Positions 14,601-29,190 of a stretch of 64,000 nt of DNA are shown here, one piece after another. The DNA comes from Geosiphon pyriformis uo1 (taxonomy: Eukaryota; Fungi; Glomeromycota): assembly GCA_016748015.1 (NCBI GenBank), contig JAAOMT010000230.1:1-64000 (forward strand), read 5' to 3'. The stretch's first letter is position 1; the number at the start of each line of letters is the position of its first letter. The notes beneath the pieces were generated by a model. The model ran no database searches and was not told where the DNA came from. It was given only the letters and a program-made list of their open reading frames with translations. A program made the position numbers and the translations under genes.

Positions 14601-15642
14601 TTATTAAAAATTGCGAAAATCAAAACTTGAAAATTTTACTAATTTTGCAATTGCCTATTCAAGTAAGTTATTCACAAATATTTTCTAAACTAATTTTCCG
14701 CCATGATCTTTTTTCAATGGTTAAAATAAACAAAATAAGGCGTTCAAACAAAACAGAGGGAAAAACCCCTCCCCAAAAACCTTTTGGAAAGTAAATTCAA
14801 ACCTGAAAAAAACTTGCTTATTTAATTTTATTTTTCCACGGGACTCGATTTTTTATTTTATTTTATTTTATTACAATTCACCATTTTTACCATAACAAAA
14901 AAGGTTTTGTCCTTAAAAATAACCTTTTGAAAAATTTGGTAATTTTTATTTTTTCTTCATGATTTATTTTTCGTAATATTTGTTTTTTAATGATCCCTTG
15001 ATTATTTTTCTATCATATATATATATATATATATATATTTGGTCCAATTTCAATAAAAAAACAAAAAAAAAAAACACTTCAAAAAAAGTTTTTTGCTTGT
15101 ATAAGTATTGTGTTTGTTTGAAGTTTTTCTCTAAATTTGGTTTTATTTTTGGACGATGTGATATCCTTTCACCATCATCATCATCATCATCATCATCATG
15201 AACAACAACAACAATAATGCATTTGTCATTTATTTAGGGAAAAAAATATTTTGAAAAATTTAACGAGATAAGGAAAATTTGAAACGCATCCATCCATTTT
15301 TAATATTTCATGAAAAATAGTGGTATCTTATATTGTTAAATCATGTAAAAATTGTAAAGAAAAAAAACACTTAATTATGTAAAAAAAGCTGATTATGTAA
15401 AAAATTGTTGTAAAGAAAAAAAAAAAGAAGCTGATTATGTAAAAAATTGTTGTAAAGAAAAAAATTGTATTTATTGAAATCTTTTTTCAATTTTAAAGTT
15501 TATTTTAATTCTGAATTATTACTCATCAAAAATAATTACTTTATTTTAAATTAATAATAAACATCATGTGATGTAGATCCTACGCGTTTAAACTGTTCAC
15601 GTAAAATCATATTATGAAAAGTAATTTTTTTCCTCAACTAAA

Positions 15643-17200
15643 ATGGACGAAGCTCTTCCTAGCATATTTTTTCAAACTTCTGAGCCAACATATGTGACCA
15701 AAGATTCCCCTAATAGTCAGGAAGGCTCTTCCCTTATGGGTGATGATCCGTTTCTATTGGATAGTTGGGAAGAAAGTGAAAATGATATAATCTCCGAGGA
15801 GGAAAAATGGAAGATGGAACGTATTTTGAACTTCCTTCATCAATTAGATGTTGGTTAACCGAAATACTTGATCTCTATAGATAGACGGATGGCTCAAAAA
15901 GTTCTATAAGAATCAGCCCATACCTCTATTTGAAAGAAACACGGCCACGGCTTCAGCCTTGCACCAATTAGCTCTTCTAAATATGCAACAGGACGCGATG
16001 GCTAAAATTTTATTGGAAAATCAAAAAATTCATGCATTGGAATATCGCGCTGAAAGTTAGTTGTTAGATCTTTTTTAATTTCCACATTTCCTCACTATTA
16101 ATTAGATTTATTTTTACAAGGCGAGAGAATTAAAAAAAATTTGAATGCCATTGGGATCAAAAAAGAAGATTTATCAAAAAATAGCCAAACCGCGCTTCGA
16201 ACACTCGCCACACTTGGAGTCACTTTAGGGTTAGGGGATGTTGAACGTAGCAGGTTTGACCGTTTATTTTCCTATAATAATTTTATCATATTCGTATGAA
16301 ATCTTAAAAATTCCCAAATCCTATCAAAAATTGAGATCAATAGCTATCTTGGTGCTTTGGCCAAATTAAACATCGATTTGAGTCGGGCTGAACGTAGGCA
16401 TGCTATAGCGAATGAGACTGCTTCCATTATAGAAAATCGAACACGAGAAGCCAAGATACAAAATGAAAAGATTAGAAGGTAGACGTTTTCTTTTCTTTTA
16501 CATTTTTTAGTGAGGGTTAATTTGTAGTTTCCGGTTTTGTTTTGTTTTTTTGAATTAGGGTTCTATCAAATTCAAGACGCAATTGGGATTTAATCGAAGA
16601 ACAGAAATTGAGAGAATGGAAAAAGAATACAACTCTCCTCACACAGAAAGGGCGAGAATATCAGGATCGATTGACGCGTTTGGAGGTGAAATGAACCTTT
16701 TGAATCTATTCGTTAAAGGATCATCACGCGCACATGACAAATAAAAAGTTACTTGTTTTATCTGTCTTTTTTATCCAAAGACACAATATTCATCGATGAA
16801 TATTGAAGATAGTGGTGTTCGTCTAGATAAACTTAAACAGAAAGAGGATTATGTGACTGCCACCGAAGAGGAAGTGAGGATTAAGAATCGGAAATTAAGG
16901 ACTTATCAGAATATGCCGCCGGTATTTCACCACGCATCCTTTGTTTATTTTTAATGTACTTTTACCTCTTAATAAAGTCGTCTCTCTTTCGTTCGGTAAT
17001 TTTAGGATATCACCTTGGCCACCTTCCAATTGCACGAAGCTAAAGAACGATTGGTTAGTGATAAAGTTTTATTTGATTTTAGATATAATGTGTCATTATT
17101 AATGAGTTTAATTCTTTACATATAAATATGTAATTAAAAGGCCGAGTTGGAAATAAAAAGACAAGAACTATTGAGCAATATTGCCGAAAATGTTCAGTAA
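15643..17200 (+). CDS. HAUS1: HAUS augmin-like complex subunit 1 (multi-exon)
   Basis: Exon 2 reads GWLKKFYKNQPIPLFERNTATASALHQLALLNMQQD...EYRAE, matching the HAUS1 N-terminal WL..F....IP.FE.N..T...L..L...N pattern. C-terminal KLRTYQNMPP|DITLATFQLHEAKERL|AELEIKRQELL matches the HAUS1 Y..LPPD..LA motif. The boundaries of intron 1 are uncertain. Confidence 0.85.
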
Positions 17201-17346
17201 ATAGTGACAGATTATTGCATACTATTTGGTAAGTATCTTTGTGATAGTCTCCCATTTCAAATCTTTATTTATTATTGAGGTTAACTCTTTCGTCGCTTTA
17301 TGAAACTAATTTTTTTTCCTGGATTGTCTTCCCATTCTCTTTTTAA

Positions 17347-18879
17347 TCATTCATCTTCACGAACCCAATATAAATGAACCGAACTCAAAATATCGCCATC
17401 TTCCTCTGTCAATATCCAATCATTCGGTATTTTTAATTTCACCTCTTTTACCCAGTTTTTCAAGTCGATATCCGAAGAAGCATCACTAAGTTGTTCTTTG
17501 AGACTCGGGATGGTGACCAAGAGAGCAGATGGACGAGTATTTTCACGTATAAAAGACCAGAGGTGTTGTTGGGTGCTTATTGAATGAAAGAATTGAAATA
17601 CATTGTCTAAAAGGAGATAAAATTTTCGGCATATTTAGAAAAAGAAATCATTTACCAGAACCACAAAATTCAATCCAACATACGCATTATGATGATGTCA
17701 GCCAACTGTAGCAATTCTTTATGATTTAACACGTCATCTTGGATAACCTGAACCATAAACAAATTAATAGACTGCCGATTTATCTATCAAGAAATACGAA
17801 TCCCTCACATCAATGCGATTCTGCATATTGTATTTTTCGACGATTCCTTTCTGAAGTTTTGCAAAGAAGGGGTTCAACTCTACGCCTATCAACTTCTTGG
17901 CTTGACTGTAGAAATATCCCTAAAATGAATGAGAATGTATTCATCATAAAGAACTCTCATCGGATCTCAGGTGGTGGGATAGCACGAAAATAAGTAGATT
18001 CTGAAGAATTACAAAATATAGTACACCCCCCAATCGTGATCCAATTTCTAGGATTACTTTCCCGTCAGTCTTTCCCTTCAAGGCATGATCGAATATGTAG
18101 CGTAGTGCCAATGGAGATGCAGAATGGGTAATAAAATCTATTCTTTCGTTTAGGTGGCGTCAGATCAAAGAATAAAAAGTTTCCGAACAGAACTTTTAAA
18201 GATAACACAATCAAATACTTTTTTCAATATAACCTACGTAATTCTCTTATATTACGTGATCCACATTCAACACAATAAGAACGCGACAATTTGCCCTCGT
18301 CACATAACTTATCCACATTTTCATCAGTGTACAAGAATGAATCGACATGGATTGTTGTTTCTGGTGTAAAATCTGAAACCTTGTTCAAGAAAAAACCTTT
18401 TAATAGTACGTTATCATGAAAAAGTTAATCTATTGAAAAAAAATTGCTATTTTGATTGAATTTACTGGAAACGTGAATTTCTCATTGGGGGCCTCAGCTG
18501 TGATTGGCACCATCTCTCGTAACTCATGAATAATTTTGGCGATTGTGGTATCGGCCAATTCTCGGTTATCCACATGATTGAAATCGGAAGACAAAGAAGA
18601 AATATAGTCCAATTGGATATCTTTTCAAAAAAAAGGGTAATTCAGATATCAGTAAGATCAAATAATGTTTTATACAAAATTTGTGAATCAAAAAAAAAAA
18701 AGAGTTGAAAGAAAAATTCCTGAATCAAATTCAAATTCTCCAATATCCAAAAATTAACCATTACTTGTAGCTTCATTCACAAAAGTTTGAAAAGATTCAA
18801 GGTCTCGTTTATGATTTAAATTTCTCAAAATTCCTAAAAAATCTTGCTTCGCCGTCTCAAGACAATCATCATCTTCCAT
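17347..18879 (-). CDS. Uncharacterised class I SAM-dependent methyltransferase (2700097O09Rik-like family), multi-exon
   Basis: Spliced product contains HVDSFLYTDENVDKLCDEGKLSRSYCVECGS, FITHSAS, motif I GKVILEIGSRLGGVLY, LIGVELN, ADIIIMHNVFQFF and LVTIPSL. Convergent with HAUS1; the stops are 146 bp apart. Confidence 0.8.
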
Positions 18880-19778
18880 TTTATCACCTCGTTATTTTTA
18901 TAATTGATAGAATTGCCAATATTCTATATTAAAAAATTTCAGCCGGATCGGTCAATAAATCTGTCAATGTCGCTCATAGCCATTCTTAGTTGTGAATTTG
19001 TTTAGCTGATTTGACTATTAAGAACAAAAGTTGAATCTAAGGAGCAGATCCACGTTCTTGTGAAATTTTTTTGCAGTTATAACCATAAAGATGAAATCCC
19101 TCAATAAACTATCAAAAATAAATAGTCTTTGAAAATTCAAGACAAGATTTGAATTTGCTTGTTCGAATATCCCGAATGAAATCTTCACTACAGCATGAAA
19201 TGCCGTCAAACAAAATTAACCAGTCTTTCTTAACATAGACAATTTTTTATTATTTAATGAAAAGTGTTTTGAAAATGAGAAACCAGAATGTACAAAATTA
19301 AATGCTCATATACTTCCATAAAAATTAAAAAAGCAATCGCATTAAAAAAATAAGGCCCAAATATAAAAACCAAGGCCAACATATCCAAAGTCCAATCAAT
19401 GTTTGATAGCGAAACCAATCGTCCAAAACGAGAAACTCCAAACTATATAATGCATGCAGAAAGTTATTCGTGGAATGTTTTATAGATACAAATAAAAATA
19501 GTAACCAGCTCCTTGTTGCCGATTTCCCAACCACAGGAACCCGCTCATTTAAATCTTGAAATAAACATTCATCTGCTTGGCCCAACACAGCTTTAGAATC
19601 CAGTATCAAGGAATAAGTTATGCGGAGATAAAGATTCTGCTTTTGAAATTATTTCGGCTCATTTTACACTTTTCACATAAGTGTCAACCAGTCTTAGTTC
19701 TCAGCTTTAGAAAAATGATCTGAATCTTAACAGTCTTTTCCCGTGAATCATTAATGATGTGTGTGTTCGATTTATAGA

Positions 19779-21778
19779 CTATTCCCATACGTTATCTTTC
19801 CACATATTCTGTTCTAATGATCGAACAGATTGACTGAAATAACTTTGGCTCCGAAGAGGATCTTGATATTCATCTTGATCACCTTCAACCCCATTAGTGT
19901 CCATAAATTTCTTTTCTGAATCGATTAATGAATTTTTTATTGGTAAATTTTTAGAAGCAGTCTTGCTTGCAAAAGATTTGAAAGGCGTGTAACTTGGTGT
20001 AATATCGAGCGAATCATTGATTTTTGCGTGGCTAGTCGAGGCATTTGTGGTTGTATGTACATATCCGTTAGAGCGAAGTTTGTGATTTGAGTTATTACCC
20101 CCTAACTGTGATTGTACTGGTACATTTGGAGGTAGTCTAACACCAATGAAAAATGGATCCATAACTGGGGTTTGATTGCTCGAGGAAAGGTGTGGGTTAA
20201 TTATCTTCTCGATTGTACTAACGTAACTTTCGAAATGTTTCCCATTTCGGTCTTTCACTTCTTTCACCAAATCTACGCAACCAGGGCGATAGGGTGGAAT
20301 AACGTCACTAATTTGTCGAGATTTTTTGGATTCAGAGTTTCGCTTTGGAAAATTATCTTCGGATATTTCATCACTATCATCTGGATCATCAAAGAAAATT
20401 TCCTGAGGTTTTGTGTTATTAATGCTTTTCTTTCTAGACAATGTTTCTTTCCGTCTCCCTTTTCCCTTGTTTGAAGAGGCTAGCGTTGAAGCAGTAGCAG
20501 CAACCCTTGGATAGTTACCATCAATCACGGGGAAATTATAATCACCATGATTTCCCAATTTCCTGCTACGTTCATACATTGACTCGACATCTTCATCAAG
20601 TTGATCAGGAAAATTCAAAGAATATTGATCCGCTTCCGCGTCACGACCAAACAAAGGATTTCGAGGATTTGGTTCATCGACCCAGTATTTGCTCGCGCCG
20701 CCAGATGCGTATCTCAATCCTGCCATAATTCTTGAGGTTCTACTAGCTCCGTTATATGCCATGCCCTCAGCTGGCTCAAATGTTCGATAATTGAAACGCG
20801 AGCCCCTCAAAGTTTCTAATGTATCTTCAATCACATCTTTCATTCCCAAAAAATCCTTCAAAGCGTATTTAATAGGCATTCGAGCGGACTGCACATTAGC
20901 ATCGTAATAATCCAGGTATGAGAAAGCGTACCTAAAAATGATCAAAAATGAGGAGTTGAGTCAAAAAAAAAAAAAACTTCTAAAAACTTTCTTCTACCAA
21001 TGTGCCACCGCGGCAAAAACCATCTCAATACAAATAAGAAAATCTTGGAAAGCCACCGAGATATGTTCAGCGGAATAGGACCCCTCTAAATTCCAATTTC
21101 AATTTTAGAGATTGACAAAGTGTATATTAACTAGAAGTTAATAAAGAAACGATCATTTACTAGGTTGAAGTACACCCATCCATAGTAAAAGTGAGATTGC
21201 AAACCCCTGCCAGAATGAAAAGAAGATGACAGCCTTGACACAAAGAAATTTCGGTATGGGTCTAGTATCAATGAAACCAACATGGGTTTTTGACAGATAG
21301 TCAGGAGATCAAATTAGAGGGAGAATGAAACAAGTTAAAAAGATCAATCATAAAACATAACCTACCTATATGGCTTTAAATCATCTTTCGTGCACATGTA
21401 AAACATGGCCAAACAATATAGGGTCCAAGAACAACTGACATTATATACGAGCGACACCCAGAGGTAACCACTTTCGATCCCAATCATGCCATCATGATAT
21501 GTCTCAAGGTATTTCAATACTAATGTGACACCAGTAAGAAATGGTTTTACGTAGACGTACTGAAGGATACCACGTTTTAGGAAAAGAAACGAATAAGGAT
21601 CACCCACGTCCATTTCTTTGCAAAAAAAATTGACAGGAGCCAAATGAGGAGTAGGTGCTCGGCCATGTAATAAGATCAAGAGGGATCGCTCTCCACCAAG
21701 GTAATTGATAAGTAAATTAAAGAAACAATATATTACGAATGCCTTTTTAAGACAAAAATAAAGATGAGGTTAATGGTT

Positions 21779-21826
<48 letters not shown>

Positions 21827-21830
21827 CAGC

Positions 21831-21864
<34 letters not shown>

Positions 21865-22406
21865 ATGACAAAAATGATAATTTTTTTGGATATTTAAGAT
21901 TATGAAACTTACCTCATAAATCTCTCTTATTGCATCTAAATAGAAAGCAACATCGAGCGAAACCAAACTAATCCATGAACTCAATGCATAAATCGGCACC
22001 CTATATAAATGAATTCCAAATTTGGTAAGATCCGACAAAAGATAAGATTGCACACGTTTACCCAATGAATTATAAATATGGGGATCGACACTTACATTAT
22101 TATTATGCGTAGAACAAAGCGTTGCAAATGCTTTCCAAGAAAAAATTTGGATATTGTTAGGTTGTAAGGGACAACTAATCAAGCCATCAAGAAGGATTCG
22201 CACCTTGTATCATATATAAAACTTACAGGTTTCCTATAGTTTTTCAGGTGTGACCATATTGTAATTACTGACAACACGGTAGCAGTAAAGGCAAATAATC
22301 CAGCGGTATGAACTGCACCAGTAAAAAGTGGGTCTCCTGTTCCTCCATTGTGAAAGAGCAGAGCTTCTTTAGCGACACTTTCTGACGTAATAACTGCTAA
22401 TCTCAT
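19779..22406 (-). CDS. TMEM184/OST-alpha (DUF300) membrane protein, Hfl1-like
   Basis: HLKNYRKP, VPIYALSSWISL, DAIREIYE|AFVIYCFFNLLINYLGGERSL, FLFLKRGILQYVYVKP, PIPKFLCVKAVIFFSFWQG, QDFLICIEM and a long soluble tail with GDYNFPV. Confidence 0.92.
21779..21863. repeat. (TAG)n microsatellite in a TMEM184 intron
   Basis: About 28 TAG/CAG units. Confidence 0.9.
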
Positions 22407-23259
22407 AGGGCATGAAAAGTTAATGTTTATTATTTTGTGTTGCGTTATTTAGTATAACTGTCAATTGTGGGGTAAAAACCACAAGGCCCAAGCCTTTTTA
22501 TTGCTATTAATCTTATATTTGGTGACTAATAGAAAAAAAAGTCGAGAGCGAGCACTTGAAAAATATTGCAACAGAAAGATGCAATATGACAATTTTTAAA
22601 GGGACAACTAGTACGAATTTGGTAATTAAAAAGGTACTCTTTATAGCTATACTTAAAATTTGTTCCAGAAAAGTTTAAATTTTTTTTGAACAGTATTTGT
22701 ATGAATAATGTGATATCAGTTTAACAATAATCTTTCGAAAAAAATTCTTAGACTTTTCATTTAACCTGCCAGTTTTATAATCAATCTATCATAAAGAACA
22801 ATGATCTTTATCGACTGTGTTCATTTTAACCTCTTTGCGACACGATATTCTTAGTTTTTTACCCACCATTCATGATGGGAGCTTGATTCCTTTATGCTGT
22901 CAAACACCCGATATGAAAAGTGTGACTTCCCCTTTTTTTCTTTTTCTAGAGGGACAAAGATTTCTGGTTTTTTGATATTTTTTTTAAAAGAGTAGAAGAA
23001 ATATTGGAATTTACCATTGAATTTAATATAAAAAAATATGTATAATGAATATAATTTTGTCGATCACAACAATTTGTCATTAATACATAAACATGATAAA
23101 AAATTTTCAAAGATTGGTAAATGCCGCAAATTGATTATTATATCCAGATTTTCTTATCTTTTATGATAATTGTTTTTATTCTGAGATTAAAAGACCTTTT
23201 ATTCAAAGAAGGCTTTTAGAATTTTACTGTGTTTAAAGTAAAGACTTTTTATTTGTTTT

Positions 23260-23801
<542 letters not shown>

Positions 23802-25559
23802 TAGTTAATTAAATTATATTATTGTTATTTAGTTAATTAATCTTTTTTTGTTAATTATTACTATATTTTTTATTTACATCATAATTTAACAATAATTATA
23901 TTAGTTTAATCAACACCAATTACTATTCTTTGTTTTTTATAAATTTTTGGTTTTGTTTTATATTTTATAAATTTTTATTTTTATCAAAAAAGCAAGTTTG
24001 GAAACATTTTTTACAGAATTATTGTAGAAAATTTTAAACTTAATTTGATTTGTTATTCAAATTTAGTAAATTTTATACCACGTTTAAAATATTGTCAAAA
24101 CCAAAATAAAAAATCATTAAAAAATCTAAAATTAAATTAACCCTCAATATTTGGTTCTCAGAAAAGACTTTATACACTGAAATTTGTTTGTTCCCAGTTT
24201 TGACTAGCGAAAACTAACATCGTCGTTTTAAGGAAGATGTTTATTTATTTCTGGATTACGCAATTAATTAGGGCTTTCATTTTTTTTCCATGTTTGAGAT
24301 AAATAGGAAAATTACATAGTGTGAAGAAACTCCCCGACTTGTGAAGAATCCCCATCTTGTCTGCTACTTGAAAATGGCGAATTGGAAATGATATTTTGAC
24401 AAAGCTCATCAAACCGACCTTGGGCCTCAATATGAAGTTTATTGTATTTTGTCTTGACATCAAATGTTTCCTCTCTCTAAAAGATCGACCCAGAGGACGC
24501 ATTTTTGGAGCTATAATATTCCTTTGAGCATATTCTTTTCGAATGGCCATTAAGTAGATTAGGATTTTCGAAACCTTTCCAGCTTTCCTAAGTTTCGTAA
24601 CTGCATTAAAAAATATATCTTCAATTAAAATCTAAGGTGGGAAAGGAAGGTCGTCGAATATGGTAGATTCCGAGAGAATCTAAATCAGGCATTCTCAGAC
24701 AATCTTGGAGTGTATAGACAGAGGAGCTCTCGTTTAATAATAAATTACCAAAGGTCTAAAGGATTAAAAACCTAGAATCCTGGTAAAAAAAACTTTGCAG
24801 CAAAATGTCTCTATTTATAAAATTCAGGCTTAAAGTCCGAAAAAATTTTACCCTCGTTGTTAACACCAAAATTAGGTCATAGAAGGTAGTTTAATCATTT
24901 CTCCTGGGAGAGTCAAAACCTATTATTCCGTCAAAACTCTATTTTGAAGTAAATGCCCATGGTCACAACATCTAATCTTGAGATAATATCATTGGCATAA
25001 CAATAGTTAGATGACTTTCTAGAGTTTGTCATCCCAGGGTAATGTTTATATAACGATAAATGATCCTAAAAAAATTGTCACGTTTGCTAAATGCTAATTA
25101 TTAATCCAATCTTTCTGATGCTTAGTTACGATACCTTTCGAGGTTAGATGGGGCAGACTGCAACAAAACCAAACAAAGTAAACATTTTATTATGTGACAT
25201 AAATGAGAGTCTGATATAGCTGAAAGTTAACTAATTTGGCTAATAACATTTTGATTATCACAGCTGTAACTCATATACAAATTTATGTAAATTACAATTT
25301 TTAAGTTAATTACCATTCCAAAATTTAATTACCATTCAAGTTGATTAAGATAGATCTTTACTTAAATTACAATGGGATTATGTCTATATAAAAATATAAA
25401 TATGAAATTAATTTACCATAGAACCCAAGAATTACAGTACTATTCGAAGTATATTAAAAAAAGAACAAGGAAAAAAAATTGCCTCTTATGTTTTTAAAAT
25501 CAATGTACATTTTATTTTTAAAAAATAGTAAATACAAAGACGAACTGACAACTATACAT

Positions 25560-28327
25560 ATACTAGTACCAATTATTATCTTGTTTCTTTTTTGTAATTT
25601 ATTTTTGTACTTTTAAAATAAATACAACTTAAGAATCTATTAAACCAATATGTTAATGTCTTTGCTAGCAAAAATAAATTTAGATGTACTGATATAGTAA
25701 AACACAAAATTGATACTGGAAATACTAGACCAATTAAACCATAAATCTATTAAATTTTTCTAAATAAATATAATTTGATCAAACAAGAAGTATAGTAAAT
25801 ATTAGATAATAATTTAATTAAAAAATCTTTTAGCTTTTAATCTTTATTTGTTGTTTTAGTTATCAAAAAAAATAGAAAAATACATTTTTGCATGAATTAT
25901 TAAAAATTCAATAATATTATTTGAAAAAACAGCTATTCAATTCCTCTTATTCAAAAAATGGTTTTTATTATTAAATTTAGCTAGCAAATATTAACAAGTC
26001 AAAATAAATTTAATTGATAAGAAAAAAATTGCTTTTATTATTCAAAATAAAAACTTTGAGTTCAATGTAATGTTCTTTGAATTCTGCAATACTTCAGTTA
26101 TTTTTTAATATTTAATAAATGTTATTTACAAAAAAATTCTGTAAAAATTAGTTGTTATTTACTTAAATAATACCAACATATTTTTAAAAACCTTTAATAA
26201 TTATTTATTTTACTTACAACAAATATTTAACTGCTTATAAAACATTAAACTAAAACTTAATTCTAATAAATATTTCTTCAAAAAAATTATGTTAAAGTTT
26301 CTTAAACATATAATTAAAAAAAATAAAGTAAAATTTAATCCTAAACAAAGTCTAAAAAGTTAAAAAAATTTTGTTTTAACCAATTTCTGTGAACTTTAAG
26401 AATTTTTAGAATTTATTAAATATTATTACTAATTTATTAAAGAATTTTTAGATATTATCAAGTTTTTTTACTATTTACTTTTAAAACATGTTTTCTATAG
26501 TTAAAAAACTAATTAATAAAAAATTTTTAATTATCTTAAATATTAACTTATTAAAGCTCTAATCTTAATATATTCAGATTTTAACAAACAGTTTATTATA
26601 GCTATTAATACATTAAAAAATGCTCTAAAAATAATTTTATCACAAATTAAACTTAATAATTAAGAATATTTTATTGCTTATATTAGTTAAAGTACCAATA
26701 CAGCCAAAAAAATATACAATATTACAGATTTAAAGTGCTTTGTTATTTATTGAACTAAATAAAACTAAAGATATTATTTTTGTCAATTATTTAATCTATA
26801 TATAAATTATAAGAAACTAATTTAACTATTTAACAAGTTTCAATTAAAAAAAAATATGCAAAATAGAATACTTACTTGTAGCAATTTTTATATAAAATAC
26901 ATTATAAAAAAAAAGCCAAAAACATTAATATTAACAATTTATCAAAAATAACTCAAATTTAATCTTATTAATAAACACATTTACTTATTAATAATTATAT
27001 TAATATCTATTAATACTTTAGTTCAAAAAGAAATTATTTTAACAAAAACAAAGTGTTATTCAAAAACAAGCTTGAAATTATTTAATTTACAATAAATATT
27101 TATATTAACAAAAATACCAAAATCATCTTATATTACAACAAGTTATAAAAAATACAAAAAAAAAAAAAACCATTTTATTTAACATGTATTTCGATTTAAT
27201 CACTAAATATTTCAATAAAAATATTACTTTAAAAAGAACAATTAATCTATATTATTAACTAATAATATATAAAAATAGCTTTAAATATGTTCTTAATTAT
27301 GACTTTTGCTAAAAAAAAAGATGAATTAAAATAATAAAACTACTTTAATCTATTTTAGTTAAAAATCCATTTAATAGAATTAAGATTAATTTAGTTAGTT
27401 TTTTTTTAATCATTTTTAAAAAAATTAATATATTATTATAGTTATAAACTATTTTACCAAATAATCAAAAGTCTAAGCCATTTAAATAACAAGTGCTAAA
27501 ACAGTAATTAAGTTTATATATTAAGATCTAATTTGTCAACATAAATGCCCAAAAAAATTATTATTTAATTAAAAAATTTATTTTGTTAATAATATTTTAA
27601 TAAAACTAAGCCAATAATCTAAAATAAAACAATTTTTATTATTTTTATATTATTCTCAAACAAATAAACTGATAAAACAATTTAACCAAATATTATGTAA
27701 AGCTTTAGCAAAAATAAGTTACGAAAATATGCAAAAATAAAACTTATTTATATTTTTAATATTATTTATATACTAAATATTAAAGCAAAATACTATTTAA
27801 TTTACATCATTTGAACTAGTTTATAAGAAAAAAGTTATATTGTCTATTGAACTAAAAATACTTTTCTTTCTAATTAAAACTATTACCAAAAAAAACTTTG
27901 AAATAACTTTTTATTAAAGAATATACCAATTTATAGAAACATTAAAAAACAATTATAAAATAGCAGTTAATAATATTTATAACTTTTAAAATTAACAAAA
28001 AAAAAGATATAATAATTATTTAAAATTTTATTATACAATACAAAAATCGTTATCAATCATATCTTAATTAAGAATACAAATTTTATTAATTAAATTTAAA
28101 GATATCTCATAAGATTTAAAACCAATTATTGTAATTAAACACAATTCATATACAGAAAATTTAAATCATATAAATTAGATATATAAATATTGAAAAGCTA
28201 AAAAAGAAAACCAAAAAACATATTTAATATAAATCTTTTAAACAAAATTATAAAACTTTTATAATAGCTGTTTAAAACAATTCAATAATTTACAATATTA
28301 ATAAAAATTATAATTAAAAAAAAATTC
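25560..28327 (+). mobile_element. Hyper-eroded Ty3/gypsy RT-RNaseH-integrase remnant (family C, related to family B)
   Basis: Translates to NVFASKNKFRCTDIVKHKIDTG, YLNNTNIF (from YLDD), NPFNRIKINLVS (from PFDRIGIDLVG) and YYSQTNKLIKQFNQ (from YHPQTNGLVERFN). Full of stops with D>N, E>K and G>R/K changes. Confidence 0.8.
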
Positions 28328-29190
28328 TATTATGGTTAAAAGTTATAGTTTTTATTAATTATTATATTTATTAGCTACTAATATTATATAATTAATCATT
28401 CTATTTTTAGAAAATAATTAATGATCTAATTGTTGACTTGATTATTAATCTAATTATTAATCTGATTAATAATTTAATCATTAACTTAATTACTAATTTG
28501 GTTATTAATCATTTTAAATAATTATATAAGTAATATATCTCTTTGCTTTAAAAGAGCATATTCTAATATATAAGACATATATGAATTAAAGTAATAAAAA
28601 TTATTTTTAAATATTCAATTTTTTTTAATTTACTTATTTTTTTTTTTAATTTCTTTTAAGTATTTGAACATCTTTGTAATAAAAAATTACTTGTTGATAT
28701 TTATTTATAATTATTAGTTTTGAAAATTATTAAATAAATATTATTAAAAAATATAATTAATACTTAATATTAAATTCTAAAAGTGCCAATATAAGACATA
28801 AAATTATATTAATATATTATTTTTTGTTAATAGTATGAACTATTTCTTTATTTTTAAATTTTCTTTTTCTTTTTGGAAAAAAAATAATTAAGATATTTAT
28901 AAAACTGATTTTATATATTGAATTTATACTAATTTAATTTATTCTTTAAAGTTAAATTTTTTTTTAATTATTTTTATTACAATATAATTTTGTTTTATCT
29001 TGTTATCTATTAGTTTGTTATTTTAATCCATAACATAAAACTAGTGTTTTCTATAAAATTATCAAATTTTATTTTGTTTTTTATTATATAAGTAATTACT
29101 TATACTTATTATAATAATTAAAAAAACATTTTAAACTCACAATAAAAATAATCTAAACTTTATTAAACTTAATCTTTTGCTTTTCTGCTT

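Noticed and set aside
3535-22203. PolyH, polyY, polyL, polyV and polyM ORFs (3535, 7679, 8347, 8601, 11774, 12426, 12510, 21778)
   Set aside because: These are frames opened by trinucleotide microsatellites in introns, intergenic DNA or the antisense strand.
25560-29035. LTR at 28328 as the 3' LTR of the upstream pol
   Set aside because: The pol is B-related while the LTR is family A and is followed by family-A gag, so an insertion explains it better.
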